From the NCBI GenBank assembly GCA_034780895.1, contig JAUZTB010000077.1:11585094-11649093 (forward strand): a DNA stretch of 64,000 bases, given 5' to 3'. Every line of letters starts with the position of its first letter. Positions within the stretch are counted from its first letter, which is position 1. Source of the stretch: Rhynchobatus australiae (taxonomy: Eukaryota). This document shows, piece after piece, positions 51,595-64,000 of this stretch. The notes beneath the pieces were generated by a model. It had not been told where the DNA came from, searched no databases, and was given only the letters and a program-made list of their open reading frames with translations. The position numbers and the translations under genes are program-made.

Positions 51595-51830
51595 GCACTG
51601 AGTGGCTTGCTAGGCCATATCAGAAGGAGGTTAAGAGTTAACCATGTGGATTGGTCTGGAGTTACATATAGGCCAGACGGGGTAAGGATGACAGGTTTCC
51701 TCCCCTTAAGGATATTTGCAACCAGATGGAATGTTATAACAAAGCAGTGGTTTCATGGTTCCCATTACTGATGCTAGCTATTTATTCCAGGTTTATTTAA
51801 TTACTTGAATTTAAATTTCCCAACTGCAAT
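51595..51830 (-). mobile_element. tRNA-derived chondrichthyan SINE
   Basis: ACTGAGTGGCTTGCTAGGCCAT...TTAAGAGTTAACCA...GGCCAGACGGGGTAAGGATGACAGGTTTCCT...GAATTTAAATTTCCC. Confidence 0.7.
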
Positions 51831-52014
51831 GACTGTTAACATGTGCTGAATTCATTTGAGGTCAGTATGAAGGAATATAAAGAGCAGCATTACCTAGAAA
51901 CAATGGATCAAATTGAATAAAGTGTACATATATGTAATACTGTATTTCATCTTTAAAAGAAAGTCTTATGGTCTGGTCTTCCTCTTGCTAATAAAAGATA
52001 TACTGTATTTACAA

Positions 52015-52665
52015 TAAAGGGAATGCAGTGAAGGTTCACCCGGTTATTTTCTGGGATGGGGGATTGTCTTATGTGGAGAGATTAAGCAGACTGGGCCTGT
52101 ACTCTCCAGAGTTTAAAAGAATGAGAGGTGNNNNNNNNNNNNNNNNNNNNNNNNNNNNNNNNNNNNNNNNNNNNNNNNNNNNNNNNNNNNNNNNNNNNNN
52201 NNNNNNNNNNNNNNNNNNNNNNNNNNNNNNTCTGAGATTAAGCAGACTGGGCCTGTACTCTCCAGAGTTTAAAAGAATGAGAGGTGATCTCACTGAAATG
52301 TATAAAATCCTTATGTGGCTTGACACGGTAGATGCAGAGACGATGTTTCCCCTGGCAGAGCGGTATAGAACCGGAAATGACAGTAGCAAAATAAGAGGTT
52401 GAATATTTAGCAATGAGATGAGAAATTTTCTTCACCCAGAGGATGGTGAATCTTTGGAATTCTCTGCCCGAGGACTGCAATGCTTAATTGCTGAGTATAT
52501 TCAAAAAAAAGTTTGATAGAATTTTAGATACTAAGCAACTCAAGGGATATGGGGTTAGTGCAGGACAATAGCACTAAAATAGAAGATCAGCCATGAACTT
52601 ATTGAATGATAGAACAGATGAAAGGGACTAAATAGCCCATTCCTGATTCTGTTCTTACATTCTTA
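52015..52665 (+). mobile_element. CR1 LINE 3' fragment
   Basis: ORF reads GLSYVERLSRLGLYSPEFKRMRGDLTEMYKIL, followed by FFTQRMVNLWNSLP. Tail GATCAGCCATG...TTCTTACATTCTTAT. Confidence 0.9.
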
Positions 52666-52991
52666 TACCACATAGGATTTGAACTCACATCACCAGATCT
52701 AGTGCAGACCTTTAATAATACAACCATTATGTTACCATACCTCACAAGGTGCAATTCTTTCAGATTCCTGATTGGCTAAATGGTCGAGTGACTAAACAGG
52801 AACATTATTGATAAAGATACAAATGGATGAAATATAAATTCATTAAAAATCTCTTCCACTTTGTTTCCTAGACTATATGGGGAGCTATTTATTGTCTTTT
52901 ATTTGTAACTCTTTACATTTACTTGATGGAGACAATCTCAGAATTCCTTGAGTCTCTTAATAAATTCTGCTCCTAACTGTTCCTTTCTCAG

Positions 52992-53008
52992 ACGATGACA
53001 TAACTGAA
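52992..53008 (+). other. Candidate 17-nt micro-exon
   Basis: CTAAC branch-like site, then TGTTCCTTTCTCAG | ACGATGACATAACTGAA | GTAAGT. No host gene identified. Confidence 0.25.
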
Positions 53009-54859
53009 GTAAGTACATTTGAATTTGCTAGTGGGAGTAAGGTTATAATAGTTTTTGCAACCACATTGATATGTGCAGAGTATGTGTCAGCAACCAATCA
53101 CATGCACTGTCTGTGTGATTCAGAGTTTCAGATCCCGTAATTATTTTTGTAAATTAGAGTTGCAACAGCACTCAACAGGTGGAACTGTCAAATTTGGATC
53201 ACACCAGCAACTCCTCCAAGGTATGATGGGAATGGTGCATCTGCTAGAATAGTGCTGTGGTTGGATGACAGTTTATTGATGTAATATGAATCCCGTAACA
53301 CAGTTCAGAACAATGAAGCAAATGTACATAGGCCATTGTAAACTATGCAGCCTCCGTGGCACAGAGTGAATGTGCAAAGTTCAGAGCTTATAGAGTTAGC
53401 ATATGGAGCTGGCACCAGGAATACCTTTGTAGAACAAGTTATTTAAAGAAGGATCGTCATACTTCTACCTTCTTTGTAGAATCCATAAAGTGAAGTCTAC
53501 AATGGAATATAGTACTATTTTATATGCAAGTCTTCAATGTAAATATTTAAACACTACCATCCACAAATTTAAGTATCCCTAAGAGAGAGAAAAAAGTATT
53601 TAAATAGTGAACCCCAATTATGACGGGTATAAGAACAGCCACCACATTATTTTATGTACAGGGGGAAGGACATGCAGAAGGAAAGAATGACTCTAAAGTC
53701 CTTACACATGGTAAAAGTAGATCTGATAACATGTTTCATTCTCCTACTGTGAATTGTATATAAAAGTACTCATTTAAAATGATCTGGCAGAAGTAGGCAT
53801 GCTTTTTGAGTGTGGTTTAAAGGAGAGCATCAGTTCCATGTTTTGTGGGCACCTTCTGTCATTTAATGTTATCAACATTTCTCATGAAATAAATTTCAGT
53901 TGGTAATAATTGATTAGTTTATTTCCACAAATGCATATACTTATATCCTGCAAATCAGTACATAGCTAATGTGGCCACACTGGGCTAAATCATGCTTAAT
54001 TGATTCTCCTCTGTACTTACCACTCATCAATCTCTATGCTCTCCCATGGCCGCACTTATTTTTGGTGGCCCCAAGGGTCCATTTGCTCTGGGTGCTTGGC
54101 TACTGCGATTATCTTGCGAGGCAGAGCAATTTGCATTGCGAACTCAGCCTCAGACCATGGATCCTAAGATACTGCTCTATATCATCCTGATGCCCTTTTC
54201 ACAGATAACTGTCATTAAAGGACTTTGCACTGCTTTTAAGTAACTCTAATAATCAGATGTAAAAATTTAAAGAATTTTAATTAAAAAATTTTAAATTAAA
54301 ATAGTGTAATTTACTTAAACACATATTTAAGTAATAAGTTAATTGAAAACATTAAGATTAAATTTTAAAAAATCAGAAGTACCGACCAGGAAAAGTATAT
54401 TTTCAATCAAGGTTGATGGCCCCAACATTGAATGGAGCTGCATTTCTTATGCCGGGCACCCCTGACATAAAGCTGAAGGTGCATATGCAAAATGATTTGT
54501 CTTCTCAGCTCAGGATAAATCTGCTCTGCCCCTGGACTCAGTGCTAAGTCTAGCAGCAAAACGAGACATCTGATGCACCAGTATCTGAGCACTACCTCTT
54601 CTCTGACTTCCAAGATGCAATGCACAGGTGCAGAAGTCAGAGATGTGATTACACACAAAGAGTTTCTTACGTGCCAGCAAAAGATAACAATGTTTTGGAT
54701 CAATAACCTGATTCACTTGCCTCTCTATTTTGTGTTAGGGATAAAAGGAATACAATTTCCTCTAGGAAATTATAAGTAATTGAATTATTCCGACAAGAAC
54801 TGAAATTTGTTTATTTATCGACGATGGCATTATTGCAAACTCTGCATTTTACCCAACCT

Positions 54860-55900
54860 TACTTGGCTTTGAGAAGGTGGTGGTGATACAGCCAGCTTTT
54901 TAAGCCCCCACATTTATTTTTGTGTTAGCACTCTCACAGTGTTATTATTTAGACAGCTTCAGGATTTAGGCCCAGAGACAATGAAGGGACGATAAGCAAT
55001 TTGGAACTGAACATCAAACATGATGATCCCATGCAATTTCTGCCCTTGCCTTCCTAGTGGCAGTAGCCACAGGTTTTGGAGTGCTGGGAAAGTAGCCTAG
55101 ATAAATAGCTGCACTCACAGCATAGATGATGGTATGAATCTTTTGGCTTGAATGAGTGAAGCCTCTTGAATGTTGTTGGCGTTGCACACCAATGAATAGA
55201 AAACAACAACCAACAAGTGGAAAATATTCCATCACAATCTTGACTTGTAGATCATAGTAAGGCTTTCAGGGTGTCAGAGGGCAGTCACTCACCACAGGAA
55301 TCCCAGTCACTGGCCTACCCATATAACCACTGTACTTATCTGTCTAATTCAATTAAGTTTCTAATTAGTGGTAACTCCAGAATTTTGATGGTGTGGGACG
55401 ATTTAGATGGCAATGTCACTGAATGCTAAGGAGAGCTGGTTGGACTTTCTCTTGTTCAAGATGGTCATTGGCTGGCATGTGGTATAATTGCCACTTCTTA
55501 GTTCATGCCTGAATGTTATCTACGTCTTCTGTTTGCAGGCATGGGCAGCTTCGTTTTCTGAGGAGTCATGAACAGAATTGAACATTGTGCAATCATCAGC
55601 AACAACCATAACCATCATCCTTGTGTGAAGGATGGTTCTACAGAGTGGGTTGTTTTCTGCTTCATTTCTGTTGACTTCAGCTGTTCCAGAGCTCTTCAAA
55701 GCCAAGCTGCTCATGCTGCCATGATGTCAATGGTAGTCACTCTCATCTCACTTCTCGAATTCAACTTTCTGGTTCAGTTTAGACTAAGAGAGTAATGAGG
55801 TTGACAACTGAGCAATGGTGTTGACAACTGAGCAATGGTGAGCAAGTCATTGGTGGTAAATGCGTCTTAATAATAGTCTGGGTGATACCTACCATCACTC
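54860..55900 (-). mobile_element. CR1-superfamily LINE fragment (GGGCAATAAA-tail lineage)
   Basis: ORF reads VADDCTMFNSVHDSSENEAAHAC. Reversed tail TTGAGAAGGTGGTGGTG at about 54870. Confidence 0.75.
55801..55840. repeat. Perfect 20-bp tandem duplication
   Basis: TTGACAACTGAGCAATGGTG occurs twice in a row. Confidence 0.95.
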
Positions 55901-55988
55901 TGCTGTTGAGTTAACTTGGACCAAACTAGACCATTGTGAAAGCATTAATTGCCACAAAAGATCAAGATTTCCAAATCACTTCAATCAA

Positions 55989-56118
55989 GACTCATGAAGG
56001 ATCTCGACCCGAAGCATCAACTGTTTATTTCCCTCCATCGATGCTGGCTGACCTGCTGAGTTCCTCCAGCAATTTGTGTGTTGCTCCAGATTCCAGCATC
56101 TGCAGAATCTCTTGTGTC
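55989..56118 (+). mobile_element. Solo Penelope-like terminal repeat with degenerate hammerhead core and 13-bp TSD
   Basis: CTCATGAAGGATCTCGACCCGAAGCATCAACTG...GACCTGCTGAGTTCCTCCAGC...TTCCAGCATCTGCAG, flanked by TCACTTCAATCAA at 55976-55988 and 56119-56131. Confidence 0.85.
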
Positions 56119-56274
56119 TCACTTCAATCAAACCATTTTTGCTTCATTTTCCACGATTTGTACTTACCACTCACGTGTGCCCATCATATTAAAATGTAAC
56201 AATGTGAAATAGTATTAATTCACAGGATGTTGATATTACTACATCCAATCACGTCCCCTTAATTTTCCCATGAA

Positions 56275-56520
56275 CTGATTTACTGGGCCATTTCAGAGGA
56301 TAGCTAAGAGTCATCCACATGGTGGACCCAAAATCACATGCTTGCCAGAGTAGCAAAGGATGATAGATTCACCTGAAGAGAATTAGGTTAGTTGGATTTT
56401 TTAAAATGAAATTCTGTTAGTGCTGATAATAGCTTTTTTAATTCCAGAATAATTTATTTTCTTCAATGCAAATGCCCTGGCTGCTGTAGTGGAATTTGAA
56501 CACATGGTCTCAAATGTAGG
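56275..56520 (-). mobile_element. Degraded copy of the SINE family at 51595
   Basis: CTGGGCCATTTCAGAGGATAGCTAAGAGTCA...GTAGTGGAATTTGAACACATG. Confidence 0.55.
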
Positions 56521-56904
56521 GCAGTGGATTTTCATCAAGGAGTTTAACAACTCCGCATCTGGCTCCAGCAGTTTATCAGACTGTCTTATTTTCCTGGATG
56601 ATGCAATGATAATAATGTCTTGGAAATGCCATGAATGATTTACAATCTATAGGGCCAGTGGTTTTAATCTTCTTCCTTCTCCCCATTAATCAGCACACTC
56701 AATAGATTTTAATAATACAATAACCCTACAAAAATACATATTTTTAGCTTGGTTTCTACAAGATTGAAACTGAAGGAATGATGGTTTCCTGAACTCATTT
56801 TCTGCATCCACTTTTCACTTTTCCTCATTTTTTTTATATATCTGACCACATCAGCCTGTTCTCCTTTGTTCATATTCTTTATTATCTCTCTCCCTCTTCT
56901 CACA

Positions 56905-57065
56905 GAATCATAAAATCGTAGAGTAATACAGTAGGGAGACAGGTCTTTCAGCTCATCTCATCCATGCCAACCATGGTGCTCACTCAACTACTCCCATTTG
57001 CTCACTCTTAGCCCATATCCCTCTAAAATCCTCCTATCCATGTACTTATCCAAATGTCTTTTAAA
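56905..57065 (-). mobile_element. CR1 3' tail
   Basis: GAGACAGGTCTTTCAGCTCA...GCCCATATCCCTCTAAA...TCCAAATGTCTTTTAAATG. Confidence 0.75.
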
Positions 57066-57209
57066 TGTCCCTCTCCTCACTTTTCATTTTTTTTGTCTCC
57101 CTTGTGTCTTATATCTTTGTATGTCAATTTTAATTTCAAACTACTTCCACTCATTTACCGACAGGAAGAAATGATGTTCCGGCTGCAGTACATCTGACAG
57201 TAGCACCCA

Positions 57210-57264
57210 GGGGAGAGGAAGTCGGGGGGGCGGTGGGGGGGGGGGGGTGAGGGATGGGGAAGGG
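57210..57264 (+). repeat. G-run cluster (G-quadruplex-compatible)
   Basis: Six runs of three or more G within 55 nt, including a G7 and a run of about 13 G. Confidence 0.7.
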
Positions 57265-58604
57265 AATTGAAGAAGACAGATTCACCAATCATTCTGCCAT
57301 TTATTTCCTATCAGACCTCAGCTGAAATGTACATTCACACGTCGGCTTATCTGATAGCCATAAAGTACAGGGTCAGACAGTGCTATATAAGGTAGCATAA
57401 TATGACTTCGTATGTATGACCTAATGAGAGTGTCACTGTAACAAGATACAACTGGGCTGGTAACAGAGGTAGATTTGATCCACTGTAGTTTTTGTATATC
57501 CGTGTTAATGGTTCCCTTGTGCAAATCGCACAATTGAATATGGAATGTGTGAGAACCATCACCTTGAAGTAATTCCTTTATATAAACAGAGAAACCAATA
57601 TCACCTGTATTCAATACAAGTTAACTGAATTGTTTTAAAAATGTCAAACGCCTTACTTTCATTTCTATGCCAATGTGTGATAAAGAGCAGTATAATACCA
57701 GAATGGGGAATCCACACTGAGGGCATCTGACTAAATTGGAATTATTTAAACCTGCAAATAAGTAATTCATTTGCTCACTCTATTGTTTTATTTATTAATT
57801 CATCTATTTTCATTGAGTTGAAACCTCTTAAAAAAACATATAGAAATTTGCTTTGAGATTAAATAGCTATATCACATTGCTCACAGCAATTCCTGTCCTT
57901 TAATATATTTGATTGCTTTTTGGAGGTCATTGTAACACAGCTCTAACCAATGGGAAATTGATGGGATAAAAGTGGACAACTGTTTTAAACTGCTGCTACG
58001 TTTTACTTTCCATTGAGTTCAATAGAAAATGGACTGAGTGCAATAAGGAAGTCTAATCCAATCCCAATAATGAATCAGATTAGATTAAAATTACCTCCAA
58101 GATTTCCAGTTAAATAAATCATTGACCATTTGTCATTCAATTAAGTTATTCAATCTTTAACAGCCTCAACAATTGTAAAAAGTTGTTTTAAATTAATGAG
58201 TTGTTTTAAAGTGTATTTTTGACATATTACATAATTAAGGCCCTGAGTTCAGCAACTGAACTTCAGTAATTGGCTCCTATTTATGGTAAATGGTAAAACT
58301 TCCATTTGTAACAATTTTTCAAAAAGTTAATTCCTTGGTTCTGAAAAATAATTCTGAGTTTCTGATATCCAACTAATTAATTCTCAAAGAATACTTTGAA
58401 ATACTTTTCATGTTAGAAACAAGTGGAAGCTGTGTCTTTGAGTTAAACTACTTTCTAGGATAATAATTTTTATAATTAAGACTTTATAACTGAAAAAATT
58501 AAGTTACTACATATTTTATGGTCTTTCATCATCAAAACATTCTACCTTTACAGAACAAAGAGAAGTACTGATGTGTGTTGAATAATTGGAAGAAAAAATA
58601 TATT

Positions 58605-59970
58605 TCTTAGGGGAAATCCTGTCTGACCAATTTGATTGAATTTTTTGAGGAGACAGCAACATGTATTGATGAGGACATTGTAGTAGTTGTTGTCCGCATA
58701 GTCTTCAGAAAGGCCTCTGACAAGGTCCCACATGGGAGACCAGTGCAAAATATTCAAACCTGTGGAATTCAGGGCACTGGCAACTTGAATTCAAAATTGG
58801 CTTAGTAATAGGAGGGTGATGATGGATGGTTGTTTAGTGATTGGAAATTTGTCACCAGTGGAATCTCACAGGGATATCTGCTCGGATTCTTGCTGCTTGT
58901 TATACACGTTAATGATTTGGATATGAATGTAGGAGATATGATTAGTAATTTACAAATGACATGAAAATCAGTAGTGTTATTGACTGTTTAGGAGGATAAC
59001 CAGTTGGTCATTGATCAGCTGGTGAAATGGACAGAGCAAAGGCAAGTGGAATTTAATCCTGATTACTATGAGTTGATGCACTTTGTGAGACTAATAAAAC
59101 ATACACAGCAAATGGTTGGGCCCTAGGGTGTATTGTGGAACAGAAAGATATCCATGTACAAGTCTAAGAATCCCTGAAGGTGGCAGCACAGAGAGATAAG
59201 GAAGTGAAAAATGCATACGGGATACTCACTTTCATTCACCAAAACCAAGAACTTAAGAGGCGAGATGTTTTGGTACAACTTTATAAAAGTTGGTTGGATC
59301 TCAACTGGAGTGCCATTAACATTTCTGGTCACCAAACTATAGAAAGGACTTAATGTAAGAGGATGCAGAGAAGACTCATCAGGACTTTGCCTGGGATGAA
59401 GCATTTTAGCTGGCTTATTTTCTGGGAGCTGAAGGGAAAGGGGGGGGGTGGGGGAGGGACCTGATAGAGTGTACAAAATTATGTAGTGCCTAGAAGGCAG
59501 ATTTTCNNNNNNNNNNNNNNNNNNNNNNNNNNNNNNNNNNNNNNNNNNNNNNNNNNNNNNNNNNNNNNNNNNNNNNNNNNNNNNNNNNNNNNNNNNNNNN
59601 NNNNNNNNNNNNNNNNNNNNNNNNNNNNNNNNNNNNNNNNNNNNNNNNNNNNNNNNNNNNNNNNNNNNNNNNNNNNNNNNNNNNNNNNNNNNNNNNNNNN
59701 NNNNNNNNNNNNNNNNNNNNNNNNNNNNNNNNNNNNNNNNNNNNNNNNNNNNNNNNNNNNNNNNACCATTTTCTTTCAGAGAGTGACTGGAATCCGGAAG
59801 ACACTTCTTGAATGGGTAGTGGAGGCAAGTACTCTCCCAACATTTAATAAGTAAGGAGAAAACTTAATTGCCAAGGAATAGAAAGCTGCAGACAAGTACT
59901 GGTAAATGGGATTAGTACAGAAAATTAATGTTCAGCATAGACACAGTGGGCCAAAAAGCCCAGTTCAGTG
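58605..59970 (+). mobile_element. Decayed CR1 LINE, RT to tail
   Basis: Motifs KASDKVPHG, SGISQG..L..LLLVIHVNDLD and WTEQRQVEFNP occur in order, then FFQRVTGIRKTL after the gap, and tail GGGCCAAAAAGCCC. Confidence 0.85.
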
Positions 59971-60164
59971 GTGTCAGGTGCCTATAAACAAAATCTTTCT
60001 TTCTGTGAGAAATTTAGAAGACCTAATTTCTAAAAAGAAATCTTACAGTCTCTGTGAGAAAATTGCTAATATTGTAAATATCTCATGATCTGCAAGCAAT
60101 GGCCTGAATTTTATTTTAACTTCATCTTTTTTTCCTTTATCTGTATCTAGTCTTTAAAAATCAT

Positions 60165-60720
60165 TGGTTAGGCTGCACTTGGGAGTATTGTGTGCAGTTT
60201 TGGTCACCAAGCTTTGGGAAGGATGTGATTAAGCTGGAAAGGGTGCAGGAAACATATGGAGGGCTTGAGTTATAGGGAGCTATTGGATAGGTTGGGACTG
60301 TCTTCCCTTAAGTGAAGGAGACTGAAGGATGACCTTATAGAGGTTTACAAAATTATGAGGGGCATAGATAGGGTAGATAATCACAGTCTTTTTCCCAGAT
60401 GAGGGGAGTCTAAAACTAGAGTGCATAGTTTATGGTGAGAAGGGAAAGATTTAAAGGGGATCTAAGGGGCAAGGATTTCACACAAAAGGTGGTGGGTATG
60501 TGGAATGAGCTGCCAGAAGAAGTGGTAGAAGCAAGTACAATTATAACATTTAAAAAAAACATTTGGACAGGTGTATGGATAAGAAAGGTTTATGGGCCAA
60601 ACTCATGGAAATGAGATTAGCATAGATAAGCATCTCAGATGGCACAGACAATTTGGGAGATGAATAAGGATAGGACATACACAATGAACAGCCTATTTAT
60701 ATGCTTTATAACTCTATGAA
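60165..60720 (+). mobile_element. CR1 LINE 3' fragment
   Basis: EYCVQFWSP, DLIEVYKIMRGIDRVD, and ORF ERFKGDLRGKDFTQKVVGMWNELPEEVVEA. Confidence 0.9.
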
Positions 60721-62039
60721 TCCATGACATTTGATAGCAACACAGTGATTATAATAATGCAGTACAAATATATATCATCGTTACTTTAGGTAGTTTGAGT
60801 ATACAATTTGGATATTCTGTCAATTCTTAATATTTGAGAATTATCCAATTAGACAATTGATCAGACAGTCTGGACAAGGCAAGAGTTTGCAAAATAGCTG
60901 CACTGAATTTATTACATAGAAACAGGCCAATACTGATGCGGGTGTTTATCTTCCTTCCACTCCATCCCATTCAACCATAGCATTCTATTCCCTTTAGCTT
61001 TATTAATGATAATCTTTTATGAAAGTCTCCTATTCACAAGTTTAGGCTTAGCTACAATACAAAAAATGTTTTAAAGCTTAAAAAAATCACTACATTTTCA
61101 TTCAGCCTTGAATTACATTAAATCCATGAAAAATTTGTTTTAGAGCTTTGAAGCACTGGCGAATTATAGATTTATATTTGTATCCCTTAAATCTTTCATC
61201 TCAATTTTTCTATGATTCTACAAAAAAGGATAGGCAATGAACTTTCACTCTGCATGATATTGTAAAACAAAAGCTAGTAATTCAACAAACAGCTATACAT
61301 TTCTTCCAGTTTTCACTGCAGTTGAAGAGAATGGAAATATTAGTAAGGGTACAGTTATAGTGGGTGCCTGAATCAATATCTCCTGTTTTACACTATCATC
61401 TGTCAAAATTAAGCAGCAAGTTCAGTGTTTGACAACACAGGGTGGAAAAGAGGCCCAAAGTACATTTACAGATACAACCCATGTACAATCAAACAAAATT
61501 CTCAATGAAGCAGTTCCTTCGTACCTTCAGGCTCCATAGAAGTGGGAATNNNNNNNNNNNNNNNNNNNNNNNNNNNNNNNNNNNNNNNNNNNNNNNNNNN
61601 NNNNNNNNNNNNNNNNNNNNNNNNNNNNNNNNNNNNNNNNNNNNNNNNNGGGAATTACAGTCCATTTCTATCTGTTTCTTTAATATTTGGAGTCAATGAA
61701 CTTTTGAATGTGCAAAAATTGCCATATCAGCTGCATGCATCCTTGATCTTGTGTAGTGAAACTTAGTTAAAATATCCGACTCTTGATTGTGTAGCTTTTT
61801 CCAGACTTCAGAAGGAAAAATCCAGCATCACACAATCATGTGCCTCTTTGGATATGATTTCCATTTTATGCTAAATTCTGGCCAGGTCTCAGAAGGAGCT
61901 GAGGTAAATCAGTCCTATCTTGGTTCTGAAGAAAGATATCCCCATAACATTTGTCTCAGTCTCATAAGGCAAGCACCAGGATTTTATAGAATATTCTCCC
62001 CTTGTCGATAAATGCAGCTCCAATAAAATTCAAGAAACT

Positions 62040-62445
62040 TGACACCATCCAAAAGAAAACAGCATTTTGATTGGTACAGCACTTGAACTCTCACATCTTC
62101 CAGCGTTACTGCACCCTATCTGCAGTGTTTATAGTTGATGTACTACAAACTCTAGTTACTTGCCAAAGTTATTCCAGTAGCACCTCCCAAACCATGACCT
62201 TCATCACCAAGAAGAGCAGGAGCAATAGGTACATGGGTTCCCTACCAAATCACAAGCCATCCTTATTTGGAAATGTACTGCTGCTCCTTCATTTTCACTG
62301 GATATAAATCCTGGCACCTACCCAAAAGTGCTGTAAAGGAAGCTACCTGAAGTGGTTCAATGAAGCAGCTCATCACCTACAAGGACCATTAGGAATGGGC
62401 AATAAATATTGGCATTGCCAGTGACCCTCATCACATAAAAGAATC
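62040..62445 (+). mobile_element. 3' end of the GGGCAATAAA-type CR1 lineage
   Basis: GGTTCAATGAAGCAGCTCATCACC...ATTAGGAATGGGCAATAAATATTGGCATTGCCAGTGAC. Confidence 0.75.
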
Positions 62446-64000
62446 AAATCAAAACACAACACTCATGTTCATCCAGTTCAGTTGAGCATGCTTTTGCAAA
62501 AGTAAAGATATAACTAAACTTACAAGTCAGCGAAACAGAGAAAGGTTGAAGTTAGACTTTATCAACTGTACGAATTGCTTAATTCCTTATATTCTTTAAA
62601 ACTGATCTTGGATATATAAAAAAATCCTTCTCAAGGATCTTCTGCCTTTTTGTCCTCTGTAACTTTGCTCACACAGGAGAGACCTGAACTGAGCCTCTAC
62701 AGGATTACTTCAATGTGGAAGTCTAGACAGAAAGCCAAACTTTTTGTGAAGTGTGCACCACAGGAGATAACTTCTGTGAAGAGTGGAGATTCTTTCAGAA
62801 AAATTTAAGAAACAATGGCTGCATCTGCAGATTGGGCTACCTTTAGAAAAGTCTTTGAACCTTCCAAGCTTGTTATTTTCCTCCCAATTTCTGTCTGCTC
62901 ACCTGCCAGCTTCAATCTGAACAACAAAAACTTGAAGGAACATCCTGATATACTCAGAACAAGGCACCTGAATTATTATGACAGAGGATCTATGTGCTAT
63001 GAAGCAGATGACTTCTAAAGATATTGTGTCAAAGGATCAAAGATTTAACATGCAATGCAAAATAATCCTATTTAACTGCTCACCTTGCACTTAACTGATG
63101 TCAGTCTCAGTGGTGATTCTCTCAACATTTGGGGCAAACAATCTAATATGGAGTGAATGCCTTATATATTGAGAAAAAGTATAGATGCTCTTCAGCTCAT
63201 TTTCTTGTCCGCTATCATATTTTGAGAGCTATTAGTTCCAGTGTTTGGAGGTCACAATAATCAATGACTTAGATGTGTATCCTAGCAATAAGAGGCGAAT
63301 GCATTGTATTATACAGCTCAATAGTGAATAAAATAATGAAGGCAAATGCTCCACATAAAACTCGGAGGGCTGTTGCTTAACTCTATTTGAATCAACAAGA
63401 TGCAATGATTAAACAGACTTTCTGTTGCTTTGATCGCAGTTTCTAATGTGGGTGATGATGCTTTGCCATTACTTAAAACTCAGCATGAGTGGCTATAGGA
63501 TCTTTTAAGTTGCAGTTTTGTTGCGACTTGCTGAGAAAACAGTAGTCTCTGACCCTGTCTATTTAGCCAATCAATGTATTAAAGAACAACAATGTATTAA
63601 TGAATGGCATTCCTTTCTCTCAACCATAGATGTTACAAAAATAAACAGTGACACTAAACATTTCAAAGGTTAATCAATTGATTCCATTTCTGGAATGATT
63701 ATTCAGTTCTGTTTGTTTAACTTGACCACTGTTTCATACTGGAATAACCTATACTAAGTACCTTCACAAGGAAGAGCAAAAAATTAAATCAAATGGCTTT
63801 GCTGAGTGATAGACAGGAGAATACAGCCATTATCTAACAAACAGAACAAATAGAACAGTACACCATACATGCTGTTCAATAGTTTGAATGTATCTGTCCA
63901 CTGTGTCATTGCACAGTTCTTGTTTATATCTATCCCAGTTACCTTAACTATAACCCCATTCTCTCCACTTGCAGATCACTCACATGTTACTTCAGATTAA

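Noticed and set aside
1465-59854. Long ORFs of 130-313 aa in the ORF track (e.g. 1465-2364, 8278-9219, 27021-27809, 37908-38687, 42424-43194)
   Set aside because: They are open only because they run through N gaps (X residues). The flanks are repeat fragments or non-coding.

Overview
Vertebrate genomic DNA, AT-rich and CpG-depleted, with many N gaps. The repeat content points to a cartilaginous fish, probably a batoid (ray, sawfish or guitarfish); this is inferred from recalled family consensus motifs, not from a search. I could not identify any protein-coding gene, rRNA, tRNA or CRISPR array, and the window reads as intronic or intergenic. It is dominated by decayed retrotransposons: many CR1 LINE fragments, one RTE-clade fragment, one Rex1/Babar fragment, a V-SINE (HE1-like), Deu-domain SINEs and Penelope-like element (PLE) pieces. 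There are also faint DNA-transposon relics. The most notable observations are: (1) a 130-bp PLE terminal-repeat insertion with a degenerate hammerhead-ribozyme core and a 13-bp target-site duplication, with related copies elsewhere; (2) a 76-bp micro-inversion flanked by a 13-bp inverted repeat inside a CR1 ORF1 relic; (3) a three-tier nested LINE insertion; (4) several weak exon or enhancer candidates. I found no convincing novel multi-gene system. Repeat boundaries are approximate (tens of bp) unless stated as exact.
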